Position numbers and translations under genes: made by a program. Under the pieces are notes generated by a model, which made no database searches, was not told the origin of the DNA, and worked only from the letters and a program-made list of their open reading frames with translations. From the NCBI GenBank assembly GCA_965218425.1, contig OZ244621.1, positions 2,464,001 to 2,528,000 on the forward strand: 64,000 bases of DNA, read 5' to 3'. This stretch comes from an uncultured Candidatus Binatia bacterium (GTDB lineage Bacteria; Desulfobacterota; Binatia; UBA9968; CAXXLF01). The stretch's first letter is position 1. Each line of letters begins with the position of its first letter. This document shows, piece after piece, positions 52,784 to 63,092 of this stretch.

Positions 52784-54193
52784 ATGGGATGGACCAGGGA
52801 AGAGATTCTCGTGGCGACGGGTGGAAAGGTGGTGCGGCAGGGCAAGGAGTCGGTTTACGGTGACGTCGTTACTGATTCTCAAGGGGTCATCAACCGTTCC
52901 GTTTTCGTGGCCCTAAAAGGCAGGCGGGTTGACGGGCACCGATTCCTGGAAGATGCCCAGCGCCATGGCGCCAGTTGCCTTGTGGTTCACAAAGGGGCGG
53001 TTGGCCGACGACTTGATAGAGAAGGTATGACGGTAATCAAAGTGGCGGATACCCTCAAAGCCCTCGGGGACCTGGCCCACTATCGTCGACAAAGGGTCGC
53101 TCCAACGGTTTTGGCCATTACGGGTTCCAATGCAAAGACCACCACAAAAGAAATGGTGGCGTCCATTTGTCAATTCGCAACGATTGAGGGGACGCGGTTG
53201 CGGGGGAAGATTCTAAAGACTGAAGGAAACTACAATAACCTGGTGGGATTACCGCTGACCCTTCTCCGTCTCGCGGGACGGGAAAAAGTGGCTGTGGTGG
53301 AGTTGGGAACCAGTGAGCCAGGTGAAATACGGCGGTTGACGGATATTGCCCAACCCGACATAGGAATCATCACGTCCGTAGCACCGGCTCACTTGACGGG
53401 ACTCAACACCCTCGCAGGCGTGGCACGAGAGAAAGGGGAACTCTTCCGGCGAATGGGCTCCCGGGGGGTCGCCATCGTGAACATGGACGATCCATGGACC
53501 CGGCGCTTGGGTAAGGCGTTCAGGGGAGGGAAGATTACCTACGGGAGAAGCGGGGAGGTTAGAGGCGAGCGGTTGCGGACCCTCGGTGAGAAGGGAATGG
53601 AGTTTACCCTAAGAGCAGGTGGTGGAAAACGGCGAGTCAGGCTTCGACTCCCTGGGACACATAACGTTTCCAACGCCCTTGGGGCGGCGGCCATGGCCTA
53701 TGGCCTGGGAGTGGATCTTGAAGCCATGAGCAGGGGGCTGGAGGCCGTGCGGCCTATGCCCATGCGTATGAACATTGAGAAGATAAAAGGGGTGGGAATC
53801 ATAAACGATGCTTACAATGCCAATCCTGCCTCCATGGATGCTGCCTTAAAAGCCCTCGCTGACATTCAATGCAAAGGGGAAAGGGTGGCTGTGCTAGGAG
53901 ATATGCTGGAGCTAGGCAGGGAAGCAGCGAAGAGACACTATGAATTGGGACAAACGGTTGCTCGGTGCCAGGTGGACCGGGTCTATCTACTGGGACGCTT
54001 TTCTTCCCACGCGCGGGAGGGGGCACTCAAAGAGGGCATGGATGGAGCGCGGGTGAGGATCGGAAAGAACTACAAAAATCTTGCAGTGATGATTGGAAAA
54101 CATGCGAAGAGGGGGGATTGGATCTTGTTCAAGGGCTCCCGTGGCATCGGTATGGAGAAAGTCTTGGCGGCATTTCGGACTTTAGGAGATTAG
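52784..54193 (+). CDS. murF: UDP-MurNAc-tripeptide--D-Ala-D-Ala ligase
   Basis: TGSNAKTTTKE, GLPLTL, DAYNANP, LGDMLELG, KGSRG. Confidence 0.95.
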   Translation: MGWTREEILVATGGKVVRQGKESVYGDVVTDSQGVINRSVFVALKGRRVDGHRFLEDAQRHGASCLVVHKGAVGRRLDREGMTVIKVADTLKALGDLAHYRRQRVAPTVLAITGSNAKTTTKEMVASICQFATIEGTRLRGKILKTEGNYNNLVGLPLTLLRLAGREKVAVVELGTSEPGEIRRLTDIAQPDIGIITSVAPAHLTGLNTLAGVAREKGELFRRMGSRGVAIVNMDDPWTRRLGKAFRGGKITYGRSGEVRGERLRTLGEKGMEFTLRAGGGKRRVRLRLPGTHNVSNALGAAAMAYGLGVDLEAMSRGLEAVRPMPMRMNIEKIKGVGIINDAYNANPASMDAALKALADIQCKGERVAVLGDMLELGREAAKRHYELGQTVARCQVDRVYLLGRFSSHAREGALKEGMDGARVRIGKNYKNLAVMIGKHAKRGDWILFKGSRGIGMEKVLAAFRTLGD

Positions 54194-54196
54194 GTC

Positions 54197-55273
54197 TTGC
54201 TATTCCATTTGCTCTATCCTCTTCATACTTCCTATTCGGTCTTTAATGTCTTTCGCTACATTACCTTTCGTGCGGCCTTGGCGGCATTGATGGCCCTGTT
54301 GCTCTCTTTTCTTATCGGTCCCTACTTGATTCGCTCACTGACCGCAAAACAAATCGGGCAACCCATTCGAGAGGACGGGCCAGCCAGCCATTCCGTCAAG
54401 GCCGGCACCCCCACCATGGGTGGAACTCTAATTATCCTGACCCTGGCTTTTTCCACCCTTCTTCTCGCCGACATTAGAAATATTTATGTCCTGCTGGCTC
54501 TCTTTGTGACCCTCGGATTTGGCGTGATTGGATTCGTGGACGATACTCTAAAACTTAGACGCAAGAGCAGTAAAGGGCTTACCATGACCACTAAGCTGTT
54601 GTGCCAGATTGGCGTGGCCTTGGTGGCTGTGGTCATCCTCTACATGCAACCTTCATTTAATGGAGTTGTGGGAATACCCTTTTTCAAAAACCTGCGTCCC
54701 GACATCGGAATCTGGTACATCCCCTTTGCCATCCTTGTGATTGTAGGCTCCTCCAATGCCGTCAACCTGACTGACGGATTGGATGGGCTTGCCATTGGAC
54801 CTGTCATGGTGGCTGCGGCAACCTATGCCCTCATTGTCTATGTGACCGGTCACGTTAAATTCGCCGAATACCTCCAGATTCCATACGTGGGCCGAGTGGG
54901 GGAGCTTGCCATCTTTTGTGCGGCCATGGTGGCGTCCGGCTTGGGTTTCCTCTGGTTCAATACTTACCCGGCGCAGATGTTCATGGGAGACGTGGGTTCC
55001 CTTGCCCTGGGGGGAGCCCTGGGGATCGTCGCGGTCATGAGCAAGAATGAGATTTTGCTTCTCATTGTGGGCGGCATCTTTGTGGTGGAAGCCCTGTCGG
55101 TCATCTTTCAAGTTTTTTCCTTCAAGTTCAGAGGGAAAAGGGTCTTTCTGATGGCTCCCATTCATCACCACTACGAGCTCAAGGGGTGGCCTGAACCTCA
55201 GATCATCGTTCGATTTTGGATTATTTCAGTGATTTGTGCGTTGTTAGGGCTGAGCACGCTGAAGCTTAGATGA
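54197..55273 (+). CDS. mraY: Phospho-MurNAc-pentapeptide transferase
   Basis: KAGTPTMGG, NAVNLTDGLDGL, FMGDVGS, MAPIHHHYE. Confidence 0.97.
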   Translation: MLFHLLYPLHTSYSVFNVFRYITFRAALAALMALLLSFLIGPYLIRSLTAKQIGQPIREDGPASHSVKAGTPTMGGTLIILTLAFSTLLLADIRNIYVLLALFVTLGFGVIGFVDDTLKLRRKSSKGLTMTTKLLCQIGVALVAVVILYMQPSFNGVVGIPFFKNLRPDIGIWYIPFAILVIVGSSNAVNLTDGLDGLAIGPVMVAAATYALIVYVTGHVKFAEYLQIPYVGRVGELAIFCAAMVASGLGFLWFNTYPAQMFMGDVGSLALGGALGIVAVMSKNEILLLIVGGIFVVEALSVIFQVFSFKFRGKRVFLMAPIHHHYELKGWPEPQIIVRFWIISVICALLGLSTLKLR

Positions 55274-55382
55274 GGAAACCGTTTGGGTGTTTATGGTTCG
55301 CTTGTTCCCTGTGGTCTCAAGAGAATGGTTTAAGGGTCATGGGTGAAAATGGCTGGTAACGAATCGCTGATGGACTCAAAGG

Positions 55383-56717
55383 ATGGAGCTCAAGGGAAAG
55401 CGCATGATGGTCTTGGGGCTCGCACGTACGGGACGCGAGACGGCAAGGTTCTTGGTGAATCAGGGGGCAGAGGTGGTGGTGAGCGATTGTAGAGGAGAAA
55501 GAGAACTGCACTCGGAGATGGAGTCCCTTGCGGGGATGCCCATCCACTACCTCTTAGGTGGTGAAGAAAGTGAATGGGTGGAGGGAATCGAAACTTTAGT
55601 GCCGAGCCCGGGTGTTCCTTCGAGTAACCCTTTGCTTCAGGAGGCAGTCAAACGTGGTGTGGATATCATCAGCGAAATCGAGTTGGCCTATGGTTTCCTG
55701 CGGTTCCCTCTGGTGGTGATTACTGGGACCAACGGAAAAAGCACCACCACCACTCTTATTGGCGAGGTTTTGAAGAATGCGGGTATCAAAGCGTTTGTGG
55801 GAGGTAACATCGGGGCCCCACTGATTTCCTTTGTTTCAGGGAGTTGGGACTGGGGAGTGGTGGAGGTAAGCAGTTTCCAGCTTGAATGGGTTAACCAGTT
55901 TCGTCCGAGGATTGCTGTCCTATTGAATCTTTCCGAAGATCACATGGACCGATATAAGAATTTTTCCTCCTATTGCTCGGCTAAGGGGAGGATATTTTCG
56001 GCCCAGGACGGGGACGACATTGCCGTCCTCAATCGAGGAGACACTGGGGTGTGGGCGTTTAGCGAGGGTGTCTCTGCTCGGGTGGTTTCCTTTGGTTGGG
56101 ATGAGGTGGATGAGGGAATTTTCGCCACAGAGCAGGAAATCATTTGGAGGGGGGAGGGCTTAGAGGGGCGATTCCCTCTTTCGGGGGTAAAGGTTCAAGG
56201 AATTCACAACGTGGAAAACCTCATGGCGGTGGTGGCTACGGCGAAAACCATGGGTGTGCCTGCCCGGTTCATTCAAAGTGCCATGGATGAATTTCCTGGA
56301 ATCGAGCATCGCCATGAATTTGTCCGCGAGAAAGACGGCATTCGATTTTACAACGACTCCAAAGGAACCAACGTAGGCGCAGTGGTCAAATCCCTGGCCA
56401 GCTTTTCATCTCCGGTGATTCTTCTTGCCGGTGGAATTGATAAGGGAGGAGATTACGGGGTTTTGGAGGGTGAGATGAAGGCAAAGGTCAAGACGCTCAT
56501 TCTGTTCGGATCCGCCAAGGGGATCATTCAAGGGGCCTTGGGCCATCTTACCGAAACGGTGGTGGTGGACAGCCTTGAGGCTGCGGTTCACGAAGCACAG
56601 CGGCACGCGGTATCTGGAGACACAGTTTTGCTGTCGCCGGCCTGTTCGAGCTTTGACATGTTTGAGAACTATGAAGAGAGGGGGCGGGTTTTTAAGGACT
56701 TGGTCCATCGACTATGA
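55383..56717 (+). CDS. murD: UDP-MurNAc-L-Ala--D-Glu ligase
   Basis: SPGVP, GTNGKSTT, EVSSFQL, NDSKGTN, SPACSSFD. Confidence 0.96.
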   Translation: MELKGKRMMVLGLARTGRETARFLVNQGAEVVVSDCRGERELHSEMESLAGMPIHYLLGGEESEWVEGIETLVPSPGVPSSNPLLQEAVKRGVDIISEIELAYGFLRFPLVVITGTNGKSTTTTLIGEVLKNAGIKAFVGGNIGAPLISFVSGSWDWGVVEVSSFQLEWVNQFRPRIAVLLNLSEDHMDRYKNFSSYCSAKGRIFSAQDGDDIAVLNRGDTGVWAFSEGVSARVVSFGWDEVDEGIFATEQEIIWRGEGLEGRFPLSGVKVQGIHNVENLMAVVATAKTMGVPARFIQSAMDEFPGIEHRHEFVREKDGIRFYNDSKGTNVGAVVKSLASFSSPVILLAGGIDKGGDYGVLEGEMKAKVKTLILFGSAKGIIQGALGHLTETVVVDSLEAAVHEAQRHAVSGDTVLLSPACSSFDMFENYEERGRVFKDLVHRL

Positions 56718-57811
56718 GGGACGGAGCTGGGGCGGACCGGTGGTTGTTTTTTGCCGTGATCGCCCTTTTAGGAATTGGTATCACCATGGTCTTGAGCACG
56801 AGCTATCTCTATGCCCAAGAGCGATTTTCCGATGGAACTTACCTGTTCCGTAAGCAAATGATCGCTGTTGGGGTGGGTGTGGTAGCCCTTTTGGTGGCCA
56901 CTGCCATCCCACCCACTATGGTTCGTCGTCTCGCGTATCCTCTGCTGGGTGGGACTCTCTTGGTGCTGATCCTGGTGCTGGTACCCGGCATCGGCATGGC
57001 CTTTGGTGGTGCCAGACGTTGGATCTCCCTCGGTCACTTTGTCTTTCAACCCGCAGAACTGGCCAAGCTCTCTTTGGTGCTCTACCTAGCCCACTCGTTG
57101 GCAAAGAAAGGTGACAAGGTAAGCAGCTTTGCCGTGAAGGTTTTACCCCACCTGATCGTTGGAGGGGTCGTTATCGGACTCGTCCTGATGGAGCCTGACT
57201 TTGGAGTCGGTCTGATACTTGGTGTGCTTGTCCTGCTGTTGCTTTTCGTTGCGGGAGCGAAGGTTTCTCATCTCCTGTTTACCGGATTAGCAGTATTGCC
57301 CTTTCTTGCCATGTTTTTAATGGGGGCGGATTATCGACTAAGACGGTTGGCGGTGTTTCTCGATCCTTGGAGTGATGCGTCCAACAGCGGTTTCCAGATC
57401 ATTCAGTCCTATATCGCGTTTGGTTCTGGCCAGTTCTGGGGGCGCGGCCTGGGTCAGAGCCGTCAGAAGCTATTCTATCTGCCTGAGGCGCACACGGATT
57501 TTATTTATTCGGTGATTGGAGAAGAGTTGGGGCTGTTGGGAGCCCTGTTGGTGCTCGCCCTTTTCGGGCTCATTGTGCTGCGAGGGTTTCGTCTGGCCAT
57601 AAAAATTCATGATCCCTTTGGGCAATATCTCGCCATTGGATTGACGACTCTCATTGGACTTCAGGCACTGATTCACATGGGAGTGGTGATGGGTTTAATG
57701 CCCACGAAGGGGTTGGTGCTTCCGTTCATCAGCTATGGAGGTTCCGCCATGGTGGTGAACCTGGCTGGAGCCGGATTATTGCTCGGTCTATCACGAAGGA
57801 GAATGGCGTGA
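56714..57811 (+). CDS. ftsW: Peptidoglycan glycosyltransferase FtsW
   Basis: GARRWI, FQPAELAK, EPDFG, LPEAHTDF, PFISYGGS. Confidence 0.96.
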   Translation: MRDGAGADRWLFFAVIALLGIGITMVLSTSYLYAQERFSDGTYLFRKQMIAVGVGVVALLVATAIPPTMVRRLAYPLLGGTLLVLILVLVPGIGMAFGGARRWISLGHFVFQPAELAKLSLVLYLAHSLAKKGDKVSSFAVKVLPHLIVGGVVIGLVLMEPDFGVGLILGVLVLLLLFVAGAKVSHLLFTGLAVLPFLAMFLMGADYRLRRLAVFLDPWSDASNSGFQIIQSYIAFGSGQFWGRGLGQSRQKLFYLPEAHTDFIYSVIGEELGLLGALLVLALFGLIVLRGFRLAIKIHDPFGQYLAIGLTTLIGLQALIHMGVVMGLMPTKGLVLPFISYGGSAMVVNLAGAGLLLGLSRRRMA

Positions 57812-58878
57812 TGCGACTGATCATGGCCGGCGGGGGAACGGGGGGGCATTTATTCCCCGGGCTGGCCGTAGCAAGGGAATTCCAGAGGCGGGACGCCGGA
57901 ACGAAAATATTGTTCGTGGGCAGCGAGAGAGGGATCGAAGGCCGGATCCTTCCCCAGGAAGGATTTCCCCTGGAGGCTGTGGCCATAAGAGGAATTAAAG
58001 GAAGAGGGGCTCGGGGGCTTCTGGAGGCTCTCTACGGTGTACCGCTGAGCTTTATCCGATCCCTTGGAATTATTGCACGGTTTCGACCGCAATGCTGCAT
58101 TGGGCTGGGCGGCTATGCTTCGGCTCCCCTGCTCTTTGCGGCAACGGTAAAACGGATTCGCTGTGCGATCATGGAGCAGAATCTGCGCCCTGGGCTCACC
58201 AACCGAATCTTGGGATGGGTGGTGAACCGCGTGTTTACGACCTTTAAAGAAAGCACCCCCTATTTTCCAATTAAAAAGGTGGTGGAAACGGGCACGCCTG
58301 TTCGTTGGCAACAGTTGCCTCAGATGAAGAAAGAAGAAAAGCTCACGCTCTTGGTGTTTGGCGGTAGTGCGGGGGCGCACAGGATCAATCTGAGTGTGAT
58401 GGATGCCCTGGGCCGGCTTAAGGATCTGGCGGGAGGGATACAGGTGATTCACCAGACGGGGGAGAGTGATTATAACTTAATCCGAGACGTTTATTCCGCA
58501 CTCCCCTTCAACTCAGAGGTGGTCCGGTTTATTGATCGCATGGATGAATCCTACGCAAGAGCAGATCTCATCGTTTGCCGGGCGGGGGCTTCCACCATCG
58601 CCGAGATTACTGCCTTTGGAAAAGCGGCAATCTTGGTGCCCTACCCCTATGCTGCAGATGATCATCAGAGGTTAAACGCCGAAGCCTTGGAGTCATGTGG
58701 CGCCGCAGAGATGATCCTGGATCAAGCATTGGATGGGGAAGGGCTCGCTCGGCGGATCCGTGAACTTTATCAGGATCGTAGACGGCTTGAAGACATGGGT
58801 GAAACAGCCCGCAAGATGGGGAAACTCGAGGCGGCCAAAAGGATTGTAGATGAGTGTTATGCCCTCATACAGGGGTAA
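57808..58878 (+). CDS. murG: Lipid II GlcNAc transferase
   Basis: GGGTGGHLFP, GGY, EQN, GGSAGA, CRAGAST, HQ..NA. Confidence 0.96.
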   Translation: MMRLIMAGGGTGGHLFPGLAVAREFQRRDAGTKILFVGSERGIEGRILPQEGFPLEAVAIRGIKGRGARGLLEALYGVPLSFIRSLGIIARFRPQCCIGLGGYASAPLLFAATVKRIRCAIMEQNLRPGLTNRILGWVVNRVFTTFKESTPYFPIKKVVETGTPVRWQQLPQMKKEEKLTLLVFGGSAGAHRINLSVMDALGRLKDLAGGIQVIHQTGESDYNLIRDVYSALPFNSEVVRFIDRMDESYARADLIVCRAGASTIAEITAFGKAAILVPYPYAADDHQRLNAEALESCGAAEMILDQALDGEGLARRIRELYQDRRRLEDMGETARKMGKLEAAKRIVDECYALIQG

Positions 58879-58902
58879 CACGGTCATTGTAAGACCAAGC
58901 TT

Positions 58903-60276
58903 ATGCTTCAAAGAAAGCATGGAATTCATTTTGTCGGTATTGGTGGCATCGGTATGAGTGGGATTGCAGAGGTCCTACTGAACTTGGGTTATGAGGTGAG
59001 CGGGTCGGATCTCGTTGAGAGCCAGACCACCCATAGGTTGCAATCCATGGGCGCTCGAATCGTCATTGGACACAGCGCAGCCAACCTGGAGTCCAACCCT
59101 TCAGTGGTGGTGGTCTCATCGGCGGTGAAATTTTCGAACCCGGAGGTCCTTGAAGCGCGCAGACGTACGATCCCTGTGATCCCTCGGGCTGAGATGTTGG
59201 CCGAACTGATGCGAATGAAGTATGGCGTGGCGGTAGCTGGGAGCCATGGTAAAACCACCACCACATCCATGATCTCCACGGTTCTCAGTACTGCTGGTTT
59301 AGATCCCACCGTGGTGATTGGGGGGCGTGTCAAAGCTCTGGGTGGTAGCGCCAGGTTGGGGAAGGGAGAATACCTGGTGGCGGAAGCGGATGAGAGCGAT
59401 GGCACCTTTCTCCTTTTAACCCCCACCATCGCCCTGGTCACCAATATCGATTGCGAACATTTGGAATTCCATAAGTCCATGGATCGCCTAAAAGAGAGTT
59501 TTTTGGACTTCATCAATAGAGTCCCGTTCTACGGTCAGGCGGTCTTGTGTCTGGATGATCCCCACGTGCGTAGCCTGTTGCCGAAGGTGAAGAAACCCTA
59601 TGTGACCTACGGTCTTTCACCGGAGGCGAATTTCTTTGCCAGGGATCTCGAAGCCAATGGCATGGAGATAAAATTTTCAGTGTGCCATCAATCCCGCATT
59701 CTGGGTCAGGTGAGTCTCCATATGCCAGGTCGCCATAATGTCACCAACGCTCTATCCGCAGTGGCCGTCGGGCAGGAGTTGGGAGTGCCCTTTGAGCGGA
59801 TCTCAGAGTCCTTGGAATCTTTTATGGGCATTCACCGCCGATTTGAGATCAAAGGAGAACTCAAGAATATCATGGTGATTGACGATTACGGTCATCATCC
59901 CGCCGAAATTCGGGCCACCATTTCGGCCATCCGTGACGGTTGGAGTCGTCCCCTGACAGTGATTTTCCAGCCCCATCGTTACACCCGTACGCGGGATCTC
60001 TTCGAAGAGTTCTTGACCGCCTTTGATGGCGTTGACCGGTTGATTCTCACTGATATTTACCCCGCAGGGGAGGACGAGATTTCGGGTGTTCAATCCGAGT
60101 CTCTCTATGGGGCCATCAAGCGCCGGGGACATATGGAAGTTCATTTTGTTTCGGACAAGAACGATATCGTGGAAAAGTTGCTCCCGAGACTCGTGGAAGG
60201 CGATATGGTTTTGACTTTGGGGGCGGGGGATATCCATAAGGTTGGCGATGCCTTGGTGGAGTCATTGCACGGATGA
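58903..60276 (+). CDS. murC: UDP-MurNAc--L-Ala ligase
   Basis: GIGGIGMSG, GSHGKTTT, EADESD, DDYGHHP. Confidence 0.97.
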   Translation: MLQRKHGIHFVGIGGIGMSGIAEVLLNLGYEVSGSDLVESQTTHRLQSMGARIVIGHSAANLESNPSVVVVSSAVKFSNPEVLEARRRTIPVIPRAEMLAELMRMKYGVAVAGSHGKTTTTSMISTVLSTAGLDPTVVIGGRVKALGGSARLGKGEYLVAEADESDGTFLLLTPTIALVTNIDCEHLEFHKSMDRLKESFLDFINRVPFYGQAVLCLDDPHVRSLLPKVKKPYVTYGLSPEANFFARDLEANGMEIKFSVCHQSRILGQVSLHMPGRHNVTNALSAVAVGQELGVPFERISESLESFMGIHRRFEIKGELKNIMVIDDYGHHPAEIRATISAIRDGWSRPLTVIFQPHRYTRTRDLFEEFLTAFDGVDRLILTDIYPAGEDEISGVQSESLYGAIKRRGHMEVHFVSDKNDIVEKLLPRLVEGDMVLTLGAGDIHKVGDALVESLHG

Positions 60277-61247
60277 ATAATGAATCTCTAGACAAGCCCT
60301 TGCAAAAAGAGCTTAAGACCATTGCCGGGTTAAGTTGCAAGGTGAACGAGCCCCTTGCGCGTTATACCTCCATGAGGGTGGGGGGGCCTGCGGATTTTCT
60401 CATCGATGTCCAGAGCCATGAATGCCTGGCTCCTCTATTGGGTGCCCTGAGCCGACATGGCGTTCCCTTTTGCCTTCTGGGTCGAGGAAGCAACGTCGTG
60501 GTAAGTGATCTGGGGGTACGAGGAGCCGTACTTCGTCTAGGGGCTGAGTTCAGGAAAATCCAATGGCAGGAAGAACGCAATGACGTTTGGGCGACACTTG
60601 GCGCTGCCTATCCTATGGCCCGGTTGGTGCGAGATGCCATGGTCAGGGGTTACACGGGCTTGGAATTTGCCGAAGGGATACCCGGCAGCGTGGGCGGAGC
60701 GCTTGTTATGAACGCAGGGGCCTATGGTTCAGAGATGGAGAAGGTTGTGGAGCGAGTAGAAGGAGTGACTTACGAAGGACAACCAGTGGATTTTTCCAGA
60801 CAGGAGTTGGTCTTTTCGTATCGAAACGCCCGGCTCCCCACCGAGACCGTAGTCACCTGGGTGCAAATACGCCTAGGTAAGGGAGACGCGGGGGGGGTGA
60901 GCCTGAAGGTGCGCGGGCTTGTCCAAAAGAGGAAAAAAAACCAGCCATCCGGATATCCAAGCGCTGGTTCTATGTTTCGTAATCCCCCGGGAGATTTTGC
61001 GGGACGACTCATTGAGGCGGCAGGTCTAAAAGGTAAAAAAATCGGCAAAGCCGGGATTTCCGAGCACCATGCGAACTTCATTGTGAACCTGGGTGGAGCC
61101 AGGGCTGAAGAGGTGAGAAAACTCATGGAGATGGCAGGCGCGATGGTGAAAAAGCGGTGTGGCGTTCAGCTTGAACCGGAAGTTCAATTCCTGGGGGAAT
61201 GGAACCGCCGGTGGGCGGAGAGGGAGGTTGGGTCCCATAGCCGGTAG
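60273..61247 (+). CDS. murB: UDP-N-acetylenolpyruvoylglucosamine reductase
   Basis: GRGSN, GIPGSVGGA..MNAGA, SAGSMFRNP, HANFIVN. Confidence 0.96.
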   Translation: MNNESLDKPLQKELKTIAGLSCKVNEPLARYTSMRVGGPADFLIDVQSHECLAPLLGALSRHGVPFCLLGRGSNVVVSDLGVRGAVLRLGAEFRKIQWQEERNDVWATLGAAYPMARLVRDAMVRGYTGLEFAEGIPGSVGGALVMNAGAYGSEMEKVVERVEGVTYEGQPVDFSRQELVFSYRNARLPTETVVTWVQIRLGKGDAGGVSLKVRGLVQKRKKNQPSGYPSAGSMFRNPPGDFAGRLIEAAGLKGKKIGKAGISEHHANFIVNLGGARAEEVRKLMEMAGAMVKKRCGVQLEPEVQFLGEWNRRWAEREVGSHSR

Positions 61248-62190
61248 CAAGCGGGGAATCTTCCGCAATAAGAAGATTGGCGTCATCCTAGGAGGACCTT
61301 CGGCGGAAAGAGAGATTTCCAGAACTTCGGGTCGAGAGGTTGTAAAAGCCCTAAGGATGAAGGGATACCGGGTAACTCCCATCGAGGTGAAAGAAGACCT
61401 TGCCGTGAGGCTGAGGAAACAAAGGGTAGGAGTTGTTTTTAACGCGTTGCACGGAAAGATCGGTGAGGATGGCGGGGTCCAAGGATTAATGGAAGTCATG
61501 GGCCTTCCCTACACCGGGTCCGGGGTCACGGCCTCTGCATTGAGCATGGACAAGGTCTTTTCCAAGGAGCTGTTCATGAGAAAGGGTATTCCCACGCCGC
61601 CCTACAAGGTTTGGACCAAGGGTCAGAAGTGGACCGACGTAGATTTGTCCCTACCGTTGGTGGTCAAACCGCGCAACGAGGGTTCCACCCTTGGTGTAAC
61701 CATCGTTCGGCGTAGGAAAGAGTTAGGTGGAGCTTTTGCCAAAGCCTTTAAGTTCGACCCCACGTGTCTGGTGGAAAGCTATATTGCGGGTAAAGAAGTT
61801 GCGGTGGGGATTCTCAACGGACGGGCCTTGGGAGCCATCGAAATCCAACCCACCAAGGGTTTCTACGACTATCGTACAAAGTACACCCCGGGGTTGGCAA
61901 AGCACCTTTACCCTGCCGGTCTGGGGAATCAGGTTTATGGTCGAGCGCTGCGGATAGCAGAAGAGGCCAGCAACCTGCTGGGTTGTGAAGGCACCTCAAG
62001 GGTCGATTTGAGGGTAAACCACGGGGGAAAGGTCTTTGTGTTGGAGGTAAATTCGCTTCCCGGGCTTACCCCCATAAGCCTGCTACCTGAGATCGCCAGG
62101 AACGAAGGAATCGATTTTCCCGATCTTGTGGAGATGATCTTGGATGGTGCGAGACTCAAGACCATGGTCAACCGTTCACGGGTTAGATGA
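61228..62190 (+). CDS. ddl: D-alanine--D-alanine ligase
   Basis: GG.SAEREIS, LHGKIGEDG, FYDYRTKY, LEVNSLPG; TTG start after GGAGG. Confidence 0.95.
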   Translation: MGPIAGSKRGIFRNKKIGVILGGPSAEREISRTSGREVVKALRMKGYRVTPIEVKEDLAVRLRKQRVGVVFNALHGKIGEDGGVQGLMEVMGLPYTGSGVTASALSMDKVFSKELFMRKGIPTPPYKVWTKGQKWTDVDLSLPLVVKPRNEGSTLGVTIVRRRKELGGAFAKAFKFDPTCLVESYIAGKEVAVGILNGRALGAIEIQPTKGFYDYRTKYTPGLAKHLYPAGLGNQVYGRALRIAEEASNLLGCEGTSRVDLRVNHGGKVFVLEVNSLPGLTPISLLPEIARNEGIDFPDLVEMILDGARLKTMVNRSRVR

Positions 62191-62221
62191 GGGTTGGGTC
62201 AAAGTATTTGGCAGCAATGAA

Positions 62222-63019
62222 ATGAACAGACGGCGTATATCAAAACCATGGGGTAAGAAAGTTTTTACGCGCATGGGAGCGATCACGGTTGTGGTCCTAT
62301 TGGTCATCGCGGCTCGATATCATGTGGATTGGTCTAAGGTAATGGGGACTGTGGAGCAACTGGAAATGCTCTTATACATCCACCCCTATTTCTCAGTAAA
62401 AGAAATAACGGTTACCGGTTACAAAAAAGTAGGCGGTTCCGAGATCGTAGCCCTGGCGGGTCTGAAGCCTGGTGTGAATATTTGGAAGGTGAATCCCACG
62501 CGCATAGAGGCGAAGCTGAGCCGTCACCCCTGGGTGCGTCGAGGGGTTGTGCGGCGAGAATTTCCCCGGCGTGTCATCATCCAGATTGAAGAGTGGAAGG
62601 CCAAAGGAATCGTTGTGCTGGAAAAACTCTATTACGCCAACGCCGACGGAATTGTATTTAAGACGGTGGAGCCAGGAGAAAAAACGAATCTGCCTTTCAT
62701 TACGGGTCTGGAGAAAGAAGGCTCTGGCTTGAATAACCGTCAAACCCAGAAAAGGATTTCAGAAGCTCTCACTTTGAGTGATCTCTTTGCCAAAAGTTCC
62801 ATGGCCGTTTCTGAAATTCGCTTTCGTCCTCAAGGTGAAGTCATCGCTTATCCAATTTCGCATTCGGTTCCACTCCATATGGGTTGGGGAAATTGGAGCG
62901 GTAAAGTGCAACGGTTGAAACGGGTGTGGATGGAATGGAAAGGCAGGGAACAATATCTCGCGTCCCTGGACCTGAGCTTTCGCGGCCAGGTAGTGGTGAA
63001 ATGGCGCGAGCGGACTTAA
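62222..63019 (+). CDS. ftsQ: Cell division protein FtsQ/DivIB
   Basis: TM helix, POTRA (PWV....RREFP), C-terminal DLSF...VV; between ddl and ftsA. Confidence 0.9.
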   Translation: MNRRRISKPWGKKVFTRMGAITVVVLLVIAARYHVDWSKVMGTVEQLEMLLYIHPYFSVKEITVTGYKKVGGSEIVALAGLKPGVNIWKVNPTRIEAKLSRHPWVRRGVVRREFPRRVIIQIEEWKAKGIVVLEKLYYANADGIVFKTVEPGEKTNLPFITGLEKEGSGLNNRQTQKRISEALTLSDLFAKSSMAVSEIRFRPQGEVIAYPISHSVPLHMGWGNWSGKVQRLKRVWMEWKGREQYLASLDLSFRGQVVVKWRERT

Positions 63020-63092
63020 GGTGTTTTGACTGATAGTCGGACGTTTCATGCAGTCTGAGGTTTTTAAAATTCATCTCTAAGAGTAGTTCGTT

